The notes below the pieces were generated by a model, which had not been told where the DNA came from, did no database searches, and saw nothing but the letters and a program-made list of their open reading frames with translations. A program made the translations under genes and the position numbers. Of a stretch of DNA of 64,000 nucleotides, positions 35,661 to 48,800 are shown piece after piece. How positions within the stretch are numbered: position 1 is the first letter of the stretch; each line of letters begins with the position of its first letter. This DNA is from Klebsormidium nitens (lineage: Eukaryota > Plantae > Klebsormidiophyceae): assembly GCA_000708835.1 (NCBI GenBank), contig DF237034.1, positions 62,001 through 126,000 on the forward strand, in the 5' to 3' direction.

Positions 35661-37195
35661 GGGCTGTCCCTGCAGGGGCATCTCTGGTTGCTATCTGATG
35701 CCAAATTCTGGTTGGATACCGGCTTTGTCTATCGGCAGCATTCTTAATCCTTACATTGGGTATTCGCTGTTTTTTAAGACCACTTTATCCAAACACCAAA
35801 GAGAGCTTCAAATCGGCGCCTCCGCCACCGCTGAAAAGCCAATCAAGACACAGGGGCAATACACTGTTGGCAGACATGGCCAAAATTGAGCGATTGTTGT
35901 CAGCTGCAACCGGACTTGCAAATGAAATCAAGAAGCTGCACTCAAATCACCCTTTCTAGAGACCATACTTTATCATCCTTTCATGCTCACGTAAAAAGCA
36001 CGCAAAGCTGAGCCCATTCCTTGGCTGAGCATGAAACTTGGATCACCAACATCTATGTCTTAGAAAGGCAGTGTTGGTCCGGATCCTTATAAGAAGACGC
36101 TCCTTACCTTTTTAACTCATCACAGAAGAAGGGGAATCACAGATGCAATTTGCCCTCAAGTTCTCGGTCCTATAGTTCTCAACTTCTGAGGGCCCAGATA
36201 CCGTATGCCCCCCCCATATAGTTTGACGAAGCAGAAACCTGTCACAAATGCTCAATGTATCTCCCTCTCACCTGTCCCATCATGGTTCGGTCCAGCGCCA
36301 GCATTTGACTTGTCAGGTGCTACGCCTGTTCCCACAGCATTCTTACAACCCTGTACATCATCCTTCTCAAGCTCTTCCTTCACTTGGCGATACATCGCCT
36401 GACTATTCAACTAATCAAAGTGTTTGATACACCTGGTGCGTTGGAGAGCATGCCTCAAGTTCGCTTCTGCTATTGGATTGACAAAGTTGAGGTGGATGTG
36501 GTGGGAATGTAGCTGTTTCTTTCAGAACCTTTACTCCTCCAAGCTGGCGCTTTCACTCCCGCGCACAATCTCCGCAATTGTGGCTGCCACCAACTCTCAT
36601 TTGAAGGGTGGCAGCAACCGCCTTCGTTCAACTTCAAGTGCATCTTGCCAGGCTTGGGAACCATGCTGCTTCCCAAACAGCCGATCGATGCATGTCCAAA
36701 GATAATGTAGGCTTTGCTGCCGTCTTCCTGAGGTCCCACTTCAGAATCCTGCCCAACTCTTGCCAATGCGGCGGCAATGCCAGTATTACTATTAGTCCGA
36801 GTCTGGGCAATAATACTGTAAAGCGGCAAGCCTGATGATCAGAACTGGAAATCCATCAAACTCCAAATATTGTCAGATCTGATCAGGCCAACTTCCAAGT
36901 TCCAAACAAAAGAAGCGCATGCAATGCCGTGAGGGGGCACCAAGCCTGCACTGAGCTTAGCGAAGTACAGCTTAGCTCTGGCTTAGCTTCGCTGGACACT
37001 TCCTGGCCCTGCCGTCGGTTGAGTAGACGTGCAATTCCGGAACAAGGGCGCACCTGGCTGCGTTGCAGAGCTCGCAGAAGTTGCCAGAAAGCTTTTCTTC
37101 AAGCTGCAGCATGGCTTGGACCGATCCGAGTGGTCGGTGCAGTAGGAGAGACAGCGCAACCTCTGTGCTGCGCTGAGCATAGCAAGTCTTTGGAG

Positions 37196-40100
37196 ATGGC
37201 TGCAACATTGCAGCGCACCGCCGCTAAAAAGTTGCATCAGGCTGCCAATTGCCGCCAGGGCACCCTGGAAGGTGGACCACTTCAAAGTGGGTCAACACGA
37301 TGCCTGGTGGTGGGCAAAAGCTTATCTCCAAAATTGGTCGGGTGGGCGAGCGAGTACCAACAACTGCAATTAGAGATTGTTGACAACCGATGGGGCTCGC
37401 GGCACCTTCAATCCACCAAGTGCTTCCAACGGGCAAATGATTGGCACGGCTTGTCCACCAGGGGCTGTCCAAATCAAAGGCGGCGGTCTTCAAAGTCCAA
37501 TGTGGGGCCACTCAATGCCGTAGCTGTTCAGAAACCTACCTACCCGGTGGAAGAGCTGGGGAAAGCCCAGGACCAGGCGTGCATCTTACAGGCCTTCAAC
37601 TGGGGGAGCTGCCGCCGGGATGCACGTTCCTGGTACCAGCTGCTTCTCGACAGTGTTGACAGTATTGAGGAGGGGGCCTTCACCGACGTTCTCCTGCCGC
37701 CGTGCTGCCAATCTCTGGATCCGCAAGGTCTGTTTCATCTTGGCCACTGTATTGGCTGCTAAATGACTTTTAGACGTGTCAGGTCACTAAAACAAGTGCT
37801 GGGATGCCAGTATCGGTGCCGACAGCTGTGCAACTTCCGACTACTGGTCAGTCTTTTCAGCTGAAAGTCGCTTCCTGAGTTGCTTTACTAAAGGCCAAAC
37901 TTGAATGATGTGTAAGATGGAAAGTGAGTGCGTAAGTTCAGGCTGCCCTCCTCTCCTGATCCAGGATTCATGCCAGTGGATTTCTACGAGCTCGACACCT
38001 CATACGGGACAGCAGAGGAGCTGCGGCAACTCATTGCAGCGCTCCACTCTCGTGGAGTGCACGCCATCGCCGACCTGGTGATCAACCGGCTGGCAGGCGT
38101 GGCCACCGACAGCACGGTCTCCTGGAAGAAGGCGGGGGGCACCGTCGCAGATGTAAGCCAGCCAGGGCGTGTTTGGTTGTCACCTGGTGTTTTGATCTTC
38201 CAACTAAAGGCCCAGAGAGAAGTCTGTGTCCAGCAGAATGGAAGTTTACATTGAAAAATAGAGACTGCACCAAGCAGTGGTGAGGCGTCCTACGAAAGCC
38301 TTTGACCTGTCTCCTTTTGGCCTGCACTAAAAGCCGGCTTTTAAGGTCGGAGTGCTTTTTGACTCCTTCCTTGAATTCGCATTCGACATTCTATTGGGGT
38401 TGTCTATCCAATCCTGGACCCTCCCTTTTCGATGCACCTCGACCTCTTCCGTGGCTTTGTTCACTTTGTCTTAGTGCGTCTGTTCATTCGGCTGTTCTCT
38501 CACACCTGCCCCTCTCACACCTGCCCCTGTCTCGCTCTTCCAGGATATTGATTGGATGGACTGGGTCTCCGGCAGCGGCTCCCCTGCTCTTCTGACAGAG
38601 GACGCGAGTGCCGACAGCTACCCCGGTCTGGCCGCTATTGACCACTCCAACCCCGTCGTCCAGAGTGATCTCAAGGGCTGGCTCCTCTGGCTGAAAACGG
38701 AAGTCGGGTTTGATGTACGTCCACTTTCCTCTTTACGCAGTTGCCCTCCAGGAATTATGTTGCTTCCTTGCTTGGCCACAAACGTCCCAATTGAAAGGAA
38801 GTGGGTTCGAAGTCCTTGATTTCGAAGGCCTCGAAGTTGTCTGCTCTTTAAGGCATCAGCCAGGTCCGAAAGCACAACGCAGCGAGCGGGTTCGCACAGC
38901 GGGCTGCCTTTACAGCGTCTCCTGACCAACGCATCTGGGCGTCCCATTACAGGGTTGGTTCTTCGACTATGCTCGAGGATTCGACCCCCAAGCTGTGGCG
39001 AAGTGAGCAGCCTTTTTCCCTGTTTTAGCCTCTCTCTCGGGCTATTATGTCAACCCCTCAATTGGCACGAAGTACTGCCTTCGAAGCTGGTACTGTATGT
39101 TTAATCGACTTCCTGTGCTTCCGTACTCCTGCATCTGGTGACAGGTTGTCACAAGGTCGTAATGATTGTTCATCTTCATCATGCGTGAGACCGCGTGCCC
39201 AACTGAGCGTACGTCGTGGTTGTGCAGTTACGGGGAGGCCAGCGGGCCGTCCCTGGCCATCGCCGACTACTGGAACCCAATGCGCTACAACGGAACATCC
39301 CTTGAATACGGCCAAGGTGAGTTGTCTGCAAATGAAACTTACGCATCTACGTGTCATTTGTTGCTGATGCAATGGTTCTGTTCTCTGCTCGCGTGAGTCA
39401 AGCAAGTCTTCTGATGCTTTTCGTTGAACGGACTTTTTGGTCAAGGGACAGATACAAGTGTGAGGGCGTGGCTTGCAGATCAGCACCGGGAGGACTTGTG
39501 CAACTGGGTCAAGGCTACCGGAGGCTCCGCAAGGGTCCTGGACTACACCACCAAGGTGGGGCCGCAATGCCTGCTCATATTGACACGTTGTCAATTGAAT
39601 GATCTGTTTCATGTTTGATTAGTGTGGTTGTGCAGCAAATTCCAGGCCTTTTGATCGCGCCAAAAAGACGATTCCTCCGTGTGTGGACGGTTCTTGTACT
39701 AACCGTCTACAGCAGCCTCACGCTACTTGGTTGCCAGCTTTTGTTCATAGATGCAAAAGCCGCTCTGTGTCGCCGACCGCAATCCCCTCTCGAGTTGCTG
39801 TGCTCTTCTCTTGCAGGGCATCCTCCAAATGGCGGTCGAGCGGTGCGAGTACTGGCGGCTGATCGATCCCAAGGGACGGCCCCCAGGCATGATCGGCTGG
39901 TGGCCCGCCAAAGTGCGCAGCGAAACTTCTCAACTTTGAGTGTCATCTCTACCGGCACTTCCTGCGTCCTCCAGCCACCTCGATGATTCCTGTCTTGCCC
40001 CGCACCTCCCTTAACCTCGACTTTCAAACCACGAGTTGCAAAGGCTTCCTCCCAAACGACGAAACCTGCTTGAACTAGGCCGTCATTTGATACCTTCACC

Positions 40101-41076
40101 AAGATTAGAAACCACCACCTCCACGCCACAATCCCGCGCACGTTTTCTGTATAACCGTTGAGTTGCCCCCAGCTCCAGCGCGGGCATCTTTCATCGCAGG
40201 CGGTGACGTTCGTGGACAACCACAGCACGGGGTCGGAGCCGCGGCACTGGCCCTTCCCGGACTGGGGCGTTATGCTGGGCTACGCCTACATCCTGACGCA
40301 CCCCGGCACGCCCTGCGTCTTCTGGGACCACGTGCACGCCTGGAAACACAAGGTGGGCGCGCGCACGCTCGCAGCCGCACCTCTGTCGTTCTGCTCCGAA
40401 CCGCGGCCGTTTGGAGGCTGTGCTGTCGGGTGCTTTCCCTTGAGCAATCAGCGGGGTGTGTTTGACACGCTTTGCCTCCATTTGGGAAGGCTGGTGGGGC
40501 CGCATGAACTCAGATCAAAAGATGAGATTGATGACCGCTAGTGTTTGAATGAGAGGATAAGAGGCGCCGTTCTGTGCCCTGCCAAGCGCTGATTTTCGTG
40601 CTGCCTCCAGGATGCCATCTACTCGCTGCTCGCGGTCCGCCGCCGCAACGGCATCCACGCGCAGAGTTCCGTCCGGATCACCGCGTGCCACTCCGACTTG
40701 TACGTGGCGCAGGTCGGTTCTTTCGATGGGCCCGATCAGGCCTTTCGGGGGGTGTACGTCAAGCTTGGGCCAAGCATGAACCTCCGGGGGGGCGGCCCGC
40801 CAGGTGAGTGGAGACGCAAGCGGCCCTTGGGACAAAGCATCGTAGGTGCATCAACTTTCCGGAGAAAGACGGCTCCGCTCAGCTTGTCGCGGTTTGTCCT
40901 GCGGACGAACCAAATGCATGCCTCCTGTTGGAAAGCAACTTCAATTGACGGCTGGATTATGTTTTGACTAGGTCAAGATCAGCTGCACGGTTCATAGCGT
41001 TTGTACTCTATCTGCAGGGAGCGATTGGGTTGTGGCTGCCTCAGGTCATGACTACTGTGTTTGGGAACAGCGGTAA
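37196..41076 (+). CDS. Plant-type alpha-amylase (GH13) homologue, probably plastid-targeted, with substituted catalytic residues
   Basis: Uninterrupted spliced frame: ILQAFNWGS...[12 protein letters not shown]|[19 protein letters not shown]...[10 protein letters not shown]|...[28 protein letters not shown]|[10 protein letters not shown]|...LAIADYW|[11 protein letters not shown]...DYTTK|[32 protein letters not shown]|[12 protein letters not shown]...[18 protein letters not shown]|...|[13 protein letters not shown] ~125-aa transit-peptide-like leader starts at ATG 37196. Confidence 0.92.
38497..38526. repeat. Perfect 15-bp tandem duplication in an amylase-like gene intron
   Basis: CTCTCACACCTGCCC occurs twice head to tail. 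Confidence 0.85.
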
Positions 41077-42529
41077 TCCTCGAATGCGAAAGGCTCTTTC
41101 GGCTCAGAGAATGGACTGGCAAGCTAGTCTGACCACAAATAGATTGACAGCACCATGACACTGAAAGAGGTGTTCTCAGAAGGTCAGACAAGCTTGTTGA
41201 GGTTGGACATCTTATAGTGGTGCCGGCAATTGAACAACCGGTTGTGCCGGCCTGTGCGGTATGTTGCACGCCCCAGGTAACACTTGATAGGTATGACCAG
41301 GTTGGCAACTTGGCATGGAGCGTGAGTGTCGCTTGCAGAGCGGCTCCTCTTGCTGCAGATTTGATTCCTAAAAGTATAAGCAGAACAGCGAGGAATGGTC
41401 ACTTTTGATTATTTACGCCCTGAGCCACGACGCGAAAGTGGTCGGAGCTATCATCTTTATTTTGAACGTGCAATCTAGGCGCTGATCCGCTTCCATCGGC
41501 CTACAGTGCCGGAACATGGACAGTCGTTTGACAAGCTGTTTCGAGACCAGTGTGAACCTCTTATTACACAATGGAGTCATTGGCAGTACGTGCCAACTCC
41601 AACGGTTAACCTTCCTGGCACGTACTATAAAGGTACGTACACACCTAAGTTGGCGGCCGGCCTTGTCATTTACGGCCTGCATAATCCACGGGCCGTGCTA
41701 GGCTGCCGCTTGACGTGTTGCGCCGATTGAGATCCGAGTCTGCAGGATTCAAGCACACCGACTATATTGCTTGACCGCGGCCGCCCGGATCGTGCCTCCT
41801 TTGCGTTGATGTTGCTTGGGGGTTCGACCTTTTCTAAACCATTGTCGTGATCGTGGTACATAGCATGTCTGCATAGAAGCTATGATCGATATACATGCGG
41901 CCGCCTAGCTAGTATGTTAGTACGCCACACATATACGTGCGTACGTGACTGAAAAAACACAACATTCGGCTCATGGATCAGTAACTGAACATGGCCCCTA
42001 TATTAAGTGAGGTTCGCCTCTCGTCAGCTATAAGAACATATGTGCGAGGCACTACACATGCATAAGTTAACCTACTTGGATATTCATGCATGTATATGTT
42101 AGAGTATTATCTGCCGCCTCTTTACGGGCACTGAAATGTGCTGCAGGCGCAATACTAAGGGCGCCACATAGGCCATGCAATAAATGACTCACCTGAGGGG
42201 CTCAGCGCTGGCTGACAGTGCATTACTGTAAGGTGCATCATTATTGCATCATCGATCGGAATGTGTTTGCAGTCTATTCGTCACAGCCTGCTTTGAGGCA
42301 GAAAATCGGTGGAACCATGTCAATCAGGAAGCCTTTCGATGGCGCCACCATATGAACCTGCATAACGATATTAGATAAGCCATCCTATGTTAACAATTTG
42401 AAGATGGGGCCAGTACGTTCCGGCTGGTTCTGTAGCCATGTTTACCAGAGTTGAATAGCTATGTAAGAGCGGAATCGGACCTAGGCTTTCCTATCCAAAA
42501 AGGTTCTCACACAAATGAGTGCAGGCCTT

Positions 42530-45117
42530 CTATCTGATACGGTCCTGCAGGTCAGCAACGAAGCTTTGTGCCAGGTTAGAGAACTTTCGGCTGGCAGCTC
42601 CGGCCATGTTCTTCAGCTGTCCCATGTCTTGACGAGCCTGCACCGAGAGCAGGAAGTTCGTCAGTATTTCGCGATTTGCGCCAATTGCACCTTGATGCAA
42701 GAATACAATTGAGGGCACAGCTGTTGACAACGTTGCCATCGCTACTGATCATAAACATGACCCCAAACTGCTGCGTCCAAGTTCCCTTATCCTCGAACAA
42801 AAACCCTGCTGCCCCGCGGTATCGGCACCCACCTGGACAGTCAACTTAGACATGAGCTCGGATGCTGTCATGTCGAGGGATGAGTCCATCCCTTGGTTGC
42901 GGCTGCCGCTGCCGCTGCCATTGCCACTTCCCCCGGCTCCCCCAGTCCCATCATCATAGAAGTCCGCACTGGAAATGGAGCTCGAGTTCTGCAGAAGAAG
43001 GGGAACAACTGGCTCACTTAACAGAATTTGAAGCTAATGTACCCTAACCGGCACGATCGAGGTTGAAGGCTTCGGAGTGAAAATAAGGGAAGGCCAGCAT
43101 ACTCCCTGCTCCTGCATGTTTCGACTAAGTCCAATTGCAGCTTCGACGACAAGCACCAAAAGACAGGACCCCCTTGACGCCCCTGAGGGGCAGCCACATA
43201 TACTACTAAGCAGATTGACGGAACATGCTGCCGAACAAGCAAAGATGACTGAGCCTTACCGCAAAGCGTTGGAGCCTGACTTCAGTTTCGCGGCTGTTGG
43301 CCTGATTCTCATTCCCAAAGAACTGAGCCGACGAGATGGACTTGGCATTTGCAAAGCGCTTTTGCGCCACCGCGTCTTCTGATGGCACCTGTAACCGCAG
43401 GAGACAAGCATTGGGACATGGAACGAATCAAGGCCCTGATTTTCAGAAATTTGTTTGCAGATTGCAGATTTCAAACTTTAACTCACTGCGTCGAGGTCTC
43501 TGGGTCATAGGATGAAGAAGAATCGAAGCGCATGGTGCAAGGCAACCTGCAAGACGGCCGGCAAAACATCACTGGAGAATGCACCTTATGAGCAAGTCCC
43601 AGTCCAAATTCCCCCTCAGATGCGCACCATCCAGGACAGGAAGAAACAATCTGCGCGCCTTACCTCTGGCTTCTTACTGGTTCCTGAGGACCTCTTTGCT
43701 CCAGGGCCAGAGGTGAAGTCAGAGAAGAAGTCTCCACCGGTGGTGGGTGGTGCTATGTGGCTTCCAGAGCCGCTGTCTCCATACCCAAACCTGGAGCTTC
43801 CGTTGATGCTAGAAGATGTATCAATAGACGCACTGACAGCAGGAACAGGAATCTCAGTCGGCTTCTGATCGAACAGACTATCGTTGACCTGCGGAATAGT
43901 GGAGAATGTAATTAATTTCAAACCTCTACCTTGAAAGTGGACCCATTGCTTGAGGCGGTCTGCGGCACATATTGAAGCCGCAAAGCATGTTCTCAAAGTA
44001 TTGAAGAGCACAACATGCATCGCAATCGTTCAATTGAAGGACACGCTTCAGTGTTAAGAATCTCCCCTACCTTCGCACTCAGCTTCTTGACTCCTAATCC
44101 ACCACCAGGCTTCGCACCAGCGAGCCGCCTGGTCACAGCCGGTCCTTTTCTTGTGATGTTGGATACTCGCGGCGAGACAGCCTTGGGCACCTCAGGCGTC
44201 TGAGAAGGTGCTTCCTCAGGTGCTGCATCTGCCTTGTTGTCCTGCGAGTCCACAGCCTCCTCCACAGGTGCGGAGGCTTCCGCAGAAGCAGTTGCACCAA
44301 GGAATGGGGCTGAGGATGGAGCTACCACGGAGCTGCGCACGACCTCCTTCGCCAGGAGCTGCCGGTAGAGATCAGCTGCCCGCGAGGTGTACTTCTGCTC
44401 AATCTTGCCGCCATCTGTCCAACCATGCTGCTTGAAGAAAACCCTAGCCCTTCCATTCCCGCCGAAGGCCATGGTCTTCAACTGATCCTGATTCCACGAG
44501 TCCAGTGAGGTAGACCTGCAAAACAATCAACCCCACAATGCTAAGCACAAGCAAGCGAGCAGAAGTAGGTAGACCAGGGAGGCAGCATCAGATAAGAAGA
44601 CACTAGATAGAAGCTCATTGTAAATCGCACAAACATTTGGATGCTAAAAGCACCCAACCATAGATCTACCATCCAGCAGCAAAGCGAGAGCATTGGCTCA
44701 ACCAACTCAGAGTAGCCGCCTGTTGGAGACTGCTTGTGCACTCACCGGACAAAGCTGACGTGCACGCCCAGGCTCCGGTGCATTGCGGAGCAATCAAGAC
44801 AGATGAAGACTCCATATGTCACGGATGCCCAAGTTGGATTCTTGGCATTGCAATCAAAGCACATCTGCAAGCAGAGGCCTACAGATCAGTTGCAAATCCA
44901 GATCCAGGAAAACAAACAAGATACCTTACATGTGCATGATGATTGAATGGAAATTGTTTGCAATCAGACAACCCTAGATGGACGCAAGCAGCATCCTGCC
45001 CTCTTCTAGTGGTAGGAATCACCCAACACCTACCTTATTTTCAGACTTTGCCCTCAATTTTCGAAAAAGGGAGTCCCGCTCCAGCAACTCTGGCTCTTGC
45101 GCTGACGCCGCAGCCAT
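42530..45117 (-). CDS. ADP-ribosylation factor GTPase-activating protein, AGD8/9/10 (ArfGAP2/3, Glo3) type
   Basis: [28 protein letters not shown]|[40 protein letters not shown]|[32 protein letters not shown]...[14 protein letters not shown], with a CxxC-x16-CxxC ArfGAP zinc finger. The C-terminus reads [36 protein letters not shown]. Confidence 0.93.
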
Positions 45118-45524
45118 GGCGTACAACAAGATCGCACTCTCAAATCCAATCTCAGATTGTAATAGGAAACAGACGATGGTCAACAGACGGTTGGCCAATA
45201 GCGACTGCCACCTGATCGGGCTGTAACAGACTCTATCTGGCGCCCTTCCACATCACGTCTTGTGTGTCTTCCCTTCCTGCGTCTCGACTCTCGTATACTG
45301 CAGTTCCTCAATCGAAGTCAATGCCTCATTCCGAAAACAGCCCTTCTCTGCCGGGCTTCCCTCCGGAATTGTCGGCGGTTGCGCGTGAGATGGTCGCCAA
45401 AGCGCGAGGCCCCGCTGTGAGGCCAAGTTTTTCCGCTTTGATTCCAAGCTCAGGCCGATTGCAGACTGTATCGTCTTGAAAGTTGCTGTGTTACGAGGCC
45501 CCATTGCAAGGCCCTGTTTCGAAA

Positions 45525-45550
45525 GCCGTTGAACCCTGCCGTTGAACCCC
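45525..45550. promoter_or_regulatory. Tandem 13-bp motif in the ArfGAP/RMI1 divergent promoter, each copy carrying CAACGG on the - strand (MSA-like core)
   Basis: GCCGTTGAACCCT then GCCGTTGAACCCC, ~280 bp upstream of the RMI1 ATG. The repeat is seen directly; its function is inferred. Confidence 0.3.
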
Positions 45551-45828
45551 TAAAATTCGTCCTCGAGCTCTGGCTTTTGAAGTTTTGTGTTCGCAGCGGC
45601 ATTGGAGCCGCAAAGGTGGAAGTCGAGGTATACATGGAGACCAGGCTGCTCTGAAGCTTTGAAGCTGCTCTGAATCCTGATGGATACCTTGACCATACTA
45701 GGCAGATGAAGATCGCCGTGGAGCCTTGTCCTTATGTAAGTCTTATGAAGCAACAACCTTTGGTGTAAAGCTCGTGTGCGCCACTTAGAAAACTTCAGTG
45801 CCTGAGGTATGTGACGAATGTAGCTGCC

Positions 45829-48800
45829 ATGGCTCAGGATGCTGAGGTGCAATTGAACAACGTTGGCATATACCCACGGCCTGAGTGGCTAAGGGCATGT
45901 GTGCAGCACCAGTCACAGCAGAATCCTCGGTTTAGTAACCTCCCAGCTGAAGAACAAGCTCGATTATGCCTCGCTGACTTCCTGGAAAGCGACATGAACA
46001 TGGCCGCCCTTGGACGACTGCCTCCTGACGTGACAATGCTGCATAAGGAGGAGTTGAGGGGACGATACGTCCTACAGGTGAGCAGTTTCTGTAGCAATGG
46101 GAAGCATACAGCCACCAGATCCTACCATACAGCATACTTAAAGTGCGCCACTTGTTGTTTTAGATCGAGTCTGCCTGTAAGGTGATGGTGGTGTGTGGAC
46201 AATGAAGGTATTGTACACGGCTTTTGCAAATTATGTCTCATCTGATATAATTCGCAGATTGCAGCGTCATCTGGAGTTGGTCATAGTAATTTTGAAGGGC
46301 GCTCGCTGGCTTTCGATGGGCATGTTAGAAGGAAGTGGGCTAGGCACCACTTGAGACGAAAGATGGCAACAAATGAGGTACCCCGTGACTCTAGCGTGGG
46401 CATCCTCGATGAGCTCTGTGCATATCTTTGTGAAGCAGCACCTGACGATACTTCCCTTGCTCGCAGGTAGATGAGGCGGCAGATGTTGGTTGTGCCCCCC
46501 AGAATCGGTACAAGGAGCATCCCAGCAGCTGTTTGAAGCTCAGTCTGACAGATGGCGAGCAGAGGGCCTATGCCATAGAGTACCGCAAAGTTCCCCAGCT
46601 TTCCCCCATGATGCCAGCCGGCATTAAGGTGGGGCAATGTTCAACAGGAAGCTTGCAAGTCCATGTTTTGAAGATGCTTCATCTTGCTTGCAGCAAGGGT
46701 GCCCATCCTAGTTGAGAGGACTGACGTATCTTGACTGCTCTTTCACTGTCGGTGCTTGCATGATCGAACATTCGCCCCCTGGTGTACTTCTGGCTTGTTT
46801 TCTGTGCCAGTGCTTTCAAGTCTTGACATTAGCGCCGTGGTTCAGCACTGGCTCTGATCCGCGATGAACTCTGTCCTTGCCTGGATGGGGAATGGGGCGG
46901 TCTTGATGAGCTGCCATCTTTTGCAGATTGCAGTCAGCAACGTGTTTGTCCGGCAAGGCCTCCTGCTCTTGTGTCCAGAGAATGTCGTTGTGCTGGGGGG
47001 CAAGGTACAGTGCCTGGAGGAGGCCAGACAGCGGGTGATGGAACGGTGGAACCAGCCTCCGCGAGGCAGGCGGTATGTGAAAAGACCCTAATCTGCTTGC
47101 AATCAACATAAGATTGGGAGTCTTAAACCACTAGAACTGACTGGAGCATGTGAATCTCAAAAGCATAAATGCGATTTGATGACGAGAAAGTATTACTGAC
47201 TCTCATAAGGGAGTCTTCCAAGCAAGGACATCAGTAAATGCGCCCAGCAGAGGATATAGTCCCTTTGCACTCAAAGCACCCTCTCCTTTTTCGTCCTCCA
47301 GGACCCCCCTGAACCAGGGTGCAGTCCCCACAAACTACCGCGATGCTGCTGCAGCAGCTGCCTGGCCCCCACAGGCCAACCCACCGCCGAATGAGACAGA
47401 AAACGGCCCAGCCCCTGGCAGCCGAGTTCATCCCACCAATGGTTGGGCCCCACCCCAGCCTGCCGCAACCTTTCGAGCGGCTGGTGAATGCTCCCAGCCC
47501 GCTCAGCCAAGCCCTCACGTGATTCCACTCCAGGGTAGAGCGCACTCTTCTAAGCCGTTGCCAAACCAGTGGCAGGAGCCGCCATTTGCGAGCGACGCAG
47601 CGCCCTGGCCAAGAAGTGGGCAGCAAGAAACCGCTCCCGGGAGTCCCGAGCGAGCACGGCGCCCGAAAAGAACGCAGGCGGACCGACCGCCGGACGTTGG
47701 CCTGGATCTCGATACAGACGACGAGGAGGAGCAGCCGCTGCGGGTGGCGCGCCGCACTGCGTCGAGGCCTAGGGCGCGCGCATTGTCGGAGGACGAGGAC
47801 GAAGAGTTGCCAGCCGCCTCACCGGAGCGACCTTTTCGGTTCTCGGCAGAGCCCGTGCGGCCGCCGTTTGTTGATGAGACTCTGGGCCCATTGGGTACAA
47901 AGCGCCAGTCGGTTCCTAAGCAAAGCACACCAAGGGTCGCGGCTGTGAGAATGTCTGGTGAGGCCTTTTGTCACAATCGGTATGTAGGCCGTATTCCCTT
48001 CCATTTTTGCCTGTTGGTCCACAACAAAGAGAAGTGTTGAAGGACCAGACTTCGGATCCTTGCAGGATTTTAGCTTCATTGATAGGCTCTGCTGGTGCTG
48101 ATTCTTCGGCTTGCTCTGGCAATCTTCCAATGCACCTGAAACTCGGAATGCGATGTGTGAGCGCAGTGTTACAAACCTGTTGAGCGGTTTGCTGACACCC
48201 GTCTTAACTCAATCAAGTTGCAGACGGCGGCCGGCCCAGCTTCGGTGTGGCCTCTACTCCTCCCCCCGCTCGGTCAGCCGAGGTCATTGATCTGGCGTCT
48301 CCCGAAATGGACGTGGAGAATGACGAGGTAGTTGCAGTGGCACCACTTGCTCCTGAGAGCAACTCCTCGCCTTTCTCCTACCTCAAGCACGTCTTGCGAC
48401 AGAAGGCCGCGCTTCCGCCCGGGGGGTGTTTTGAAGCACGAGTGAAGGTGAGGGCTACGCCTCCAAACCTCTGAGCCAAGCTTGATTCGCCACTGGTCCG
48501 GACGCTGCCCTCGGTCTAAGGCTGAACTGAAATTCAGAAAATCTAAAGGTCATTCTCGCTTACCATAGGACTTTAACAGATTGTTATTCCTGTCTGAACA
48601 TTCCCTTGAGGTGATCAATCAGAGACAATTGCAGTGAGGGCCCCCCTGTATCTTGTTTATGAGTTCGCGCTGTCTCCCAACCTCACTGACGGATCTCGGT
48701 CTCGGTTGGCAGTGTATTCTGGTCGGAGTTACTCGCTTCGACTTCAAGAGCGGCAGCTCGTTCGCAACGCGGGTGCACATTGACGACGGCTCCGCCATGT

